Shown here in pieces: positions 61,940 to 64,000 of a DNA stretch of 64,000 bases. Numbering within the stretch: position 1 is the stretch's first letter; each line of letters opens with the position of its first letter. A model generated the notes under the pieces. It had not been told where the DNA came from, ran no database searches, and saw nothing but the letters and a program-made list of their open reading frames with translations. This DNA comes from Takakia lepidozioides (Eukaryota; Plantae; Bryophyta): NCBI GenBank assembly GCA_030704615.1, contig CM060734.1, forward strand, positions 2,356,001 to 2,420,000. Reading direction: 5' to 3'. The position numbers and the translations under genes were made by a program.

Positions 61940-64000
61940 AACTTGATGTTGGGCCTTATATTGGACAAGGAGCTGATGAGAAGGGTGTGGGATGCAACTC
62001 TCCTACAAGCGGCCCAACCCACCTTAGCAAATGTGTTTTTGCTGGCAGAGCGGATAGAGCTCAACATGGTGGAGGAACGAGTGGTCATGGTGGGATTTGC
62101 TAAGGAGACACCACGGGGTAGTGGTGCTCCTATCCAGCCACTGCCCCAACGTGCTCAAGGCAACAAGGGGGCTCAGGTGAAGCCCAGGGTATGACAGAGA
62201 GGACCTCAGATGCAAGGGTCTCTCCCTTCATTTGCAGGCCAACAACGGGCGGATGTGGTGTGCTGAATATGTGGAGGACCCCATGTCAAGAAGGATTGCC
62301 CAGAGGGAGGCAATGGGTTGGCATAGCCTGCACAGCTGCAGTGTGGGCATTGTGGCAAATATGGGCCAGTGTTATGGTTTGTATCCTGAATTACGCCCAG
62401 GCCAGTTCCAAGGGAACAATGGTGGCCGGGGGCGAGGTGGAGCAGCCCAGAGAGAACGAGGTGGTCAGGCACAATATGCAGATCAAGGGCAAGCTCAGCT
62501 TGGGTGGACGTCGTAGCCTTTGTACCACTAGTCCCACTGCTGCTCGTGGAAGCTGCCCTTGCCCCTCTAGTGCCTCTAGTGATGGAGACATAGTCGGGGG
62601 ACCAGTACATCTTCCACTCCTCGATCTCAACATCATGCCCCCGCCTAAACTCATAGTAATCATCCATGGGCGGCCCCTCAAGGTGCTGAAATAGCCCCTT
62701 CCATGCCATAAAAGGCGTAAACAGTTGTGGATTGCGCATTTGCTGCAAGTCACACCAATTATCAAACTCTTGGATAAAATCATCCAACTCAATGGTGCCC
62801 ACAGCCCCAAAGTACCTTCGTGGCCCCTTGGTAGCTCCATACATCTCCTCCATTGTGTCCCACAACAATGGCAAGGAAACAACTTGCACCGCCGGTGTGA
62901 GTCCTCCTGATTCACAATCCGAATCAGAACCTTCCGTAGAAGACACAAGAGGTGAAGGTGGCCTAAACTGCACACCTCGTCTCGTGTACCTACTAGTATC
63001 GCTAGTGCTCGTACTGGTACCTTCCCCAGCAACTAGTGGCACCTCCGTGTTGACAAACTGACACTCAACCGGTCATAAACCTGTCTCTAACCCCCTCTCC
63101 ACAAGGTAATCGGGTAGAGAACCTGATGCGGCTTATGGTTTGGAATACTAGGCTCCTAACATAGCCTGCACCTGTACCTGCACCTGCATCCACCGCAGGC
63201 ACTCCTATAGTTGGCTGGTCATCACCTCCAACCTCACCACAGGAGAAACAAAGATGGTTTGACTGGTCATCAACCCAGCCTCACCATCGACAACATGCTC
63301 TAGGGTTGGATCGGCGATCAAGCTCGAGTCAACCACCTATAAAATCAAGCGCCCACACAAAGCTAACATGGCGCACAATCAAGCATGCAGGTGTGGAGGG
63401 GATCCAAACATAAGAATGAAAACAACAACTCCCCCACATCAAAAACAACTCCACAGTGTCGCTCCTGCAACCCAGCCCAAACCTGGACTGACTCTTGCCT
63501 CCAACTACGGAAAGGTCTCGGCCTACAAAGAAGGTGAAAAGCTACGAGGAAGGGAAACTAAAGCAATGCATATCCCCAGCACGCTCTCATCCCAACACCC
63601 TCTTTTTTCCTCTCTTCTCTCTCACTTGCATGACCATGAGAGCATCCTGTAGACACTCTTGAGACCGCCCTCCATGAGCTCATGAAACTTGGCCTCCAAG
63701 GCCCCATGCAAGCCTCCACAGGGTCCGCCAGTACCTCATTACGTCCACCAGCCATTCCTCAGAATGGAACCACCTCAGGAAACCATGCCATTTGTTGAAG
63801 GTTCAAAAATGGAGCAAATAGAGGTACATATAGGCCCCAACAACATTCTGTCCAAAGGAATTACCTGCAGGCTGGTCTCCCCCATAGTGAAGAATTGGGC
63901 TGAAAACCCCAAAAGATTACCTGCAGGGAGGTAACCCCCTTTGTTAAAACGCAACAGGGAGGCAATTCCAACTTTTTTGCCAGATCAGCTAGCTCAAAAC
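61940..64000. mobile_element. LTR retrotransposon gag region (N-terminal part on minus, zinc-knuckle part on plus), nested in or next to the CACTA
   Basis: Minus: ELDDFIQEFDNWCD...KGLFQHLEGPPMDDY (63042-62515); plus: C*ICGGPHVKKDC and CGHCGK knuckles (62260-62370). Confidence 0.7.

Overview
Eukaryotic nuclear DNA from a land plant, probably a non-seed plant (bryophyte/lycophyte-like; inferred from the PLS-DYW PPR cluster, the gene set and the TE types). The window has three zones. (1) 1-29.6 kb is a decayed cluster of PLS/E/DYW PPR genes broken by nested transposons: a complete 16.8-kb CACTA element (1580-18382, TSD TCC), an orphan CACTA end, a second CACTA internal copy, and two copies of a LINE with RNase H plus a restriction-like endonuclease. 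(2) 30-57.5 kb is gene-rich: BPS1/DUF793-like gene and a degenerate paralog, a small 3-exon conserved gene, an intronless CDPK, a PotD/ENF2-like gene, a CRE-like LINE and a UBTD/DC-UbP-like gene. (3) 58-64 kb is a nest: type III PKS fragment, LTR element with a PHD finger, CACTA, gag. The main finding is that the CACTA family carries chromatin-writer cargo. SET-domain exons lie between a putative shared first exon and the transposase exons, and an intron-containing DRM-type DNA methyltransferase fragment lies in the subterminal region. Several local inversions can be reconstructed from the sequence. All family assignments are by motif recognition; no database search was run.
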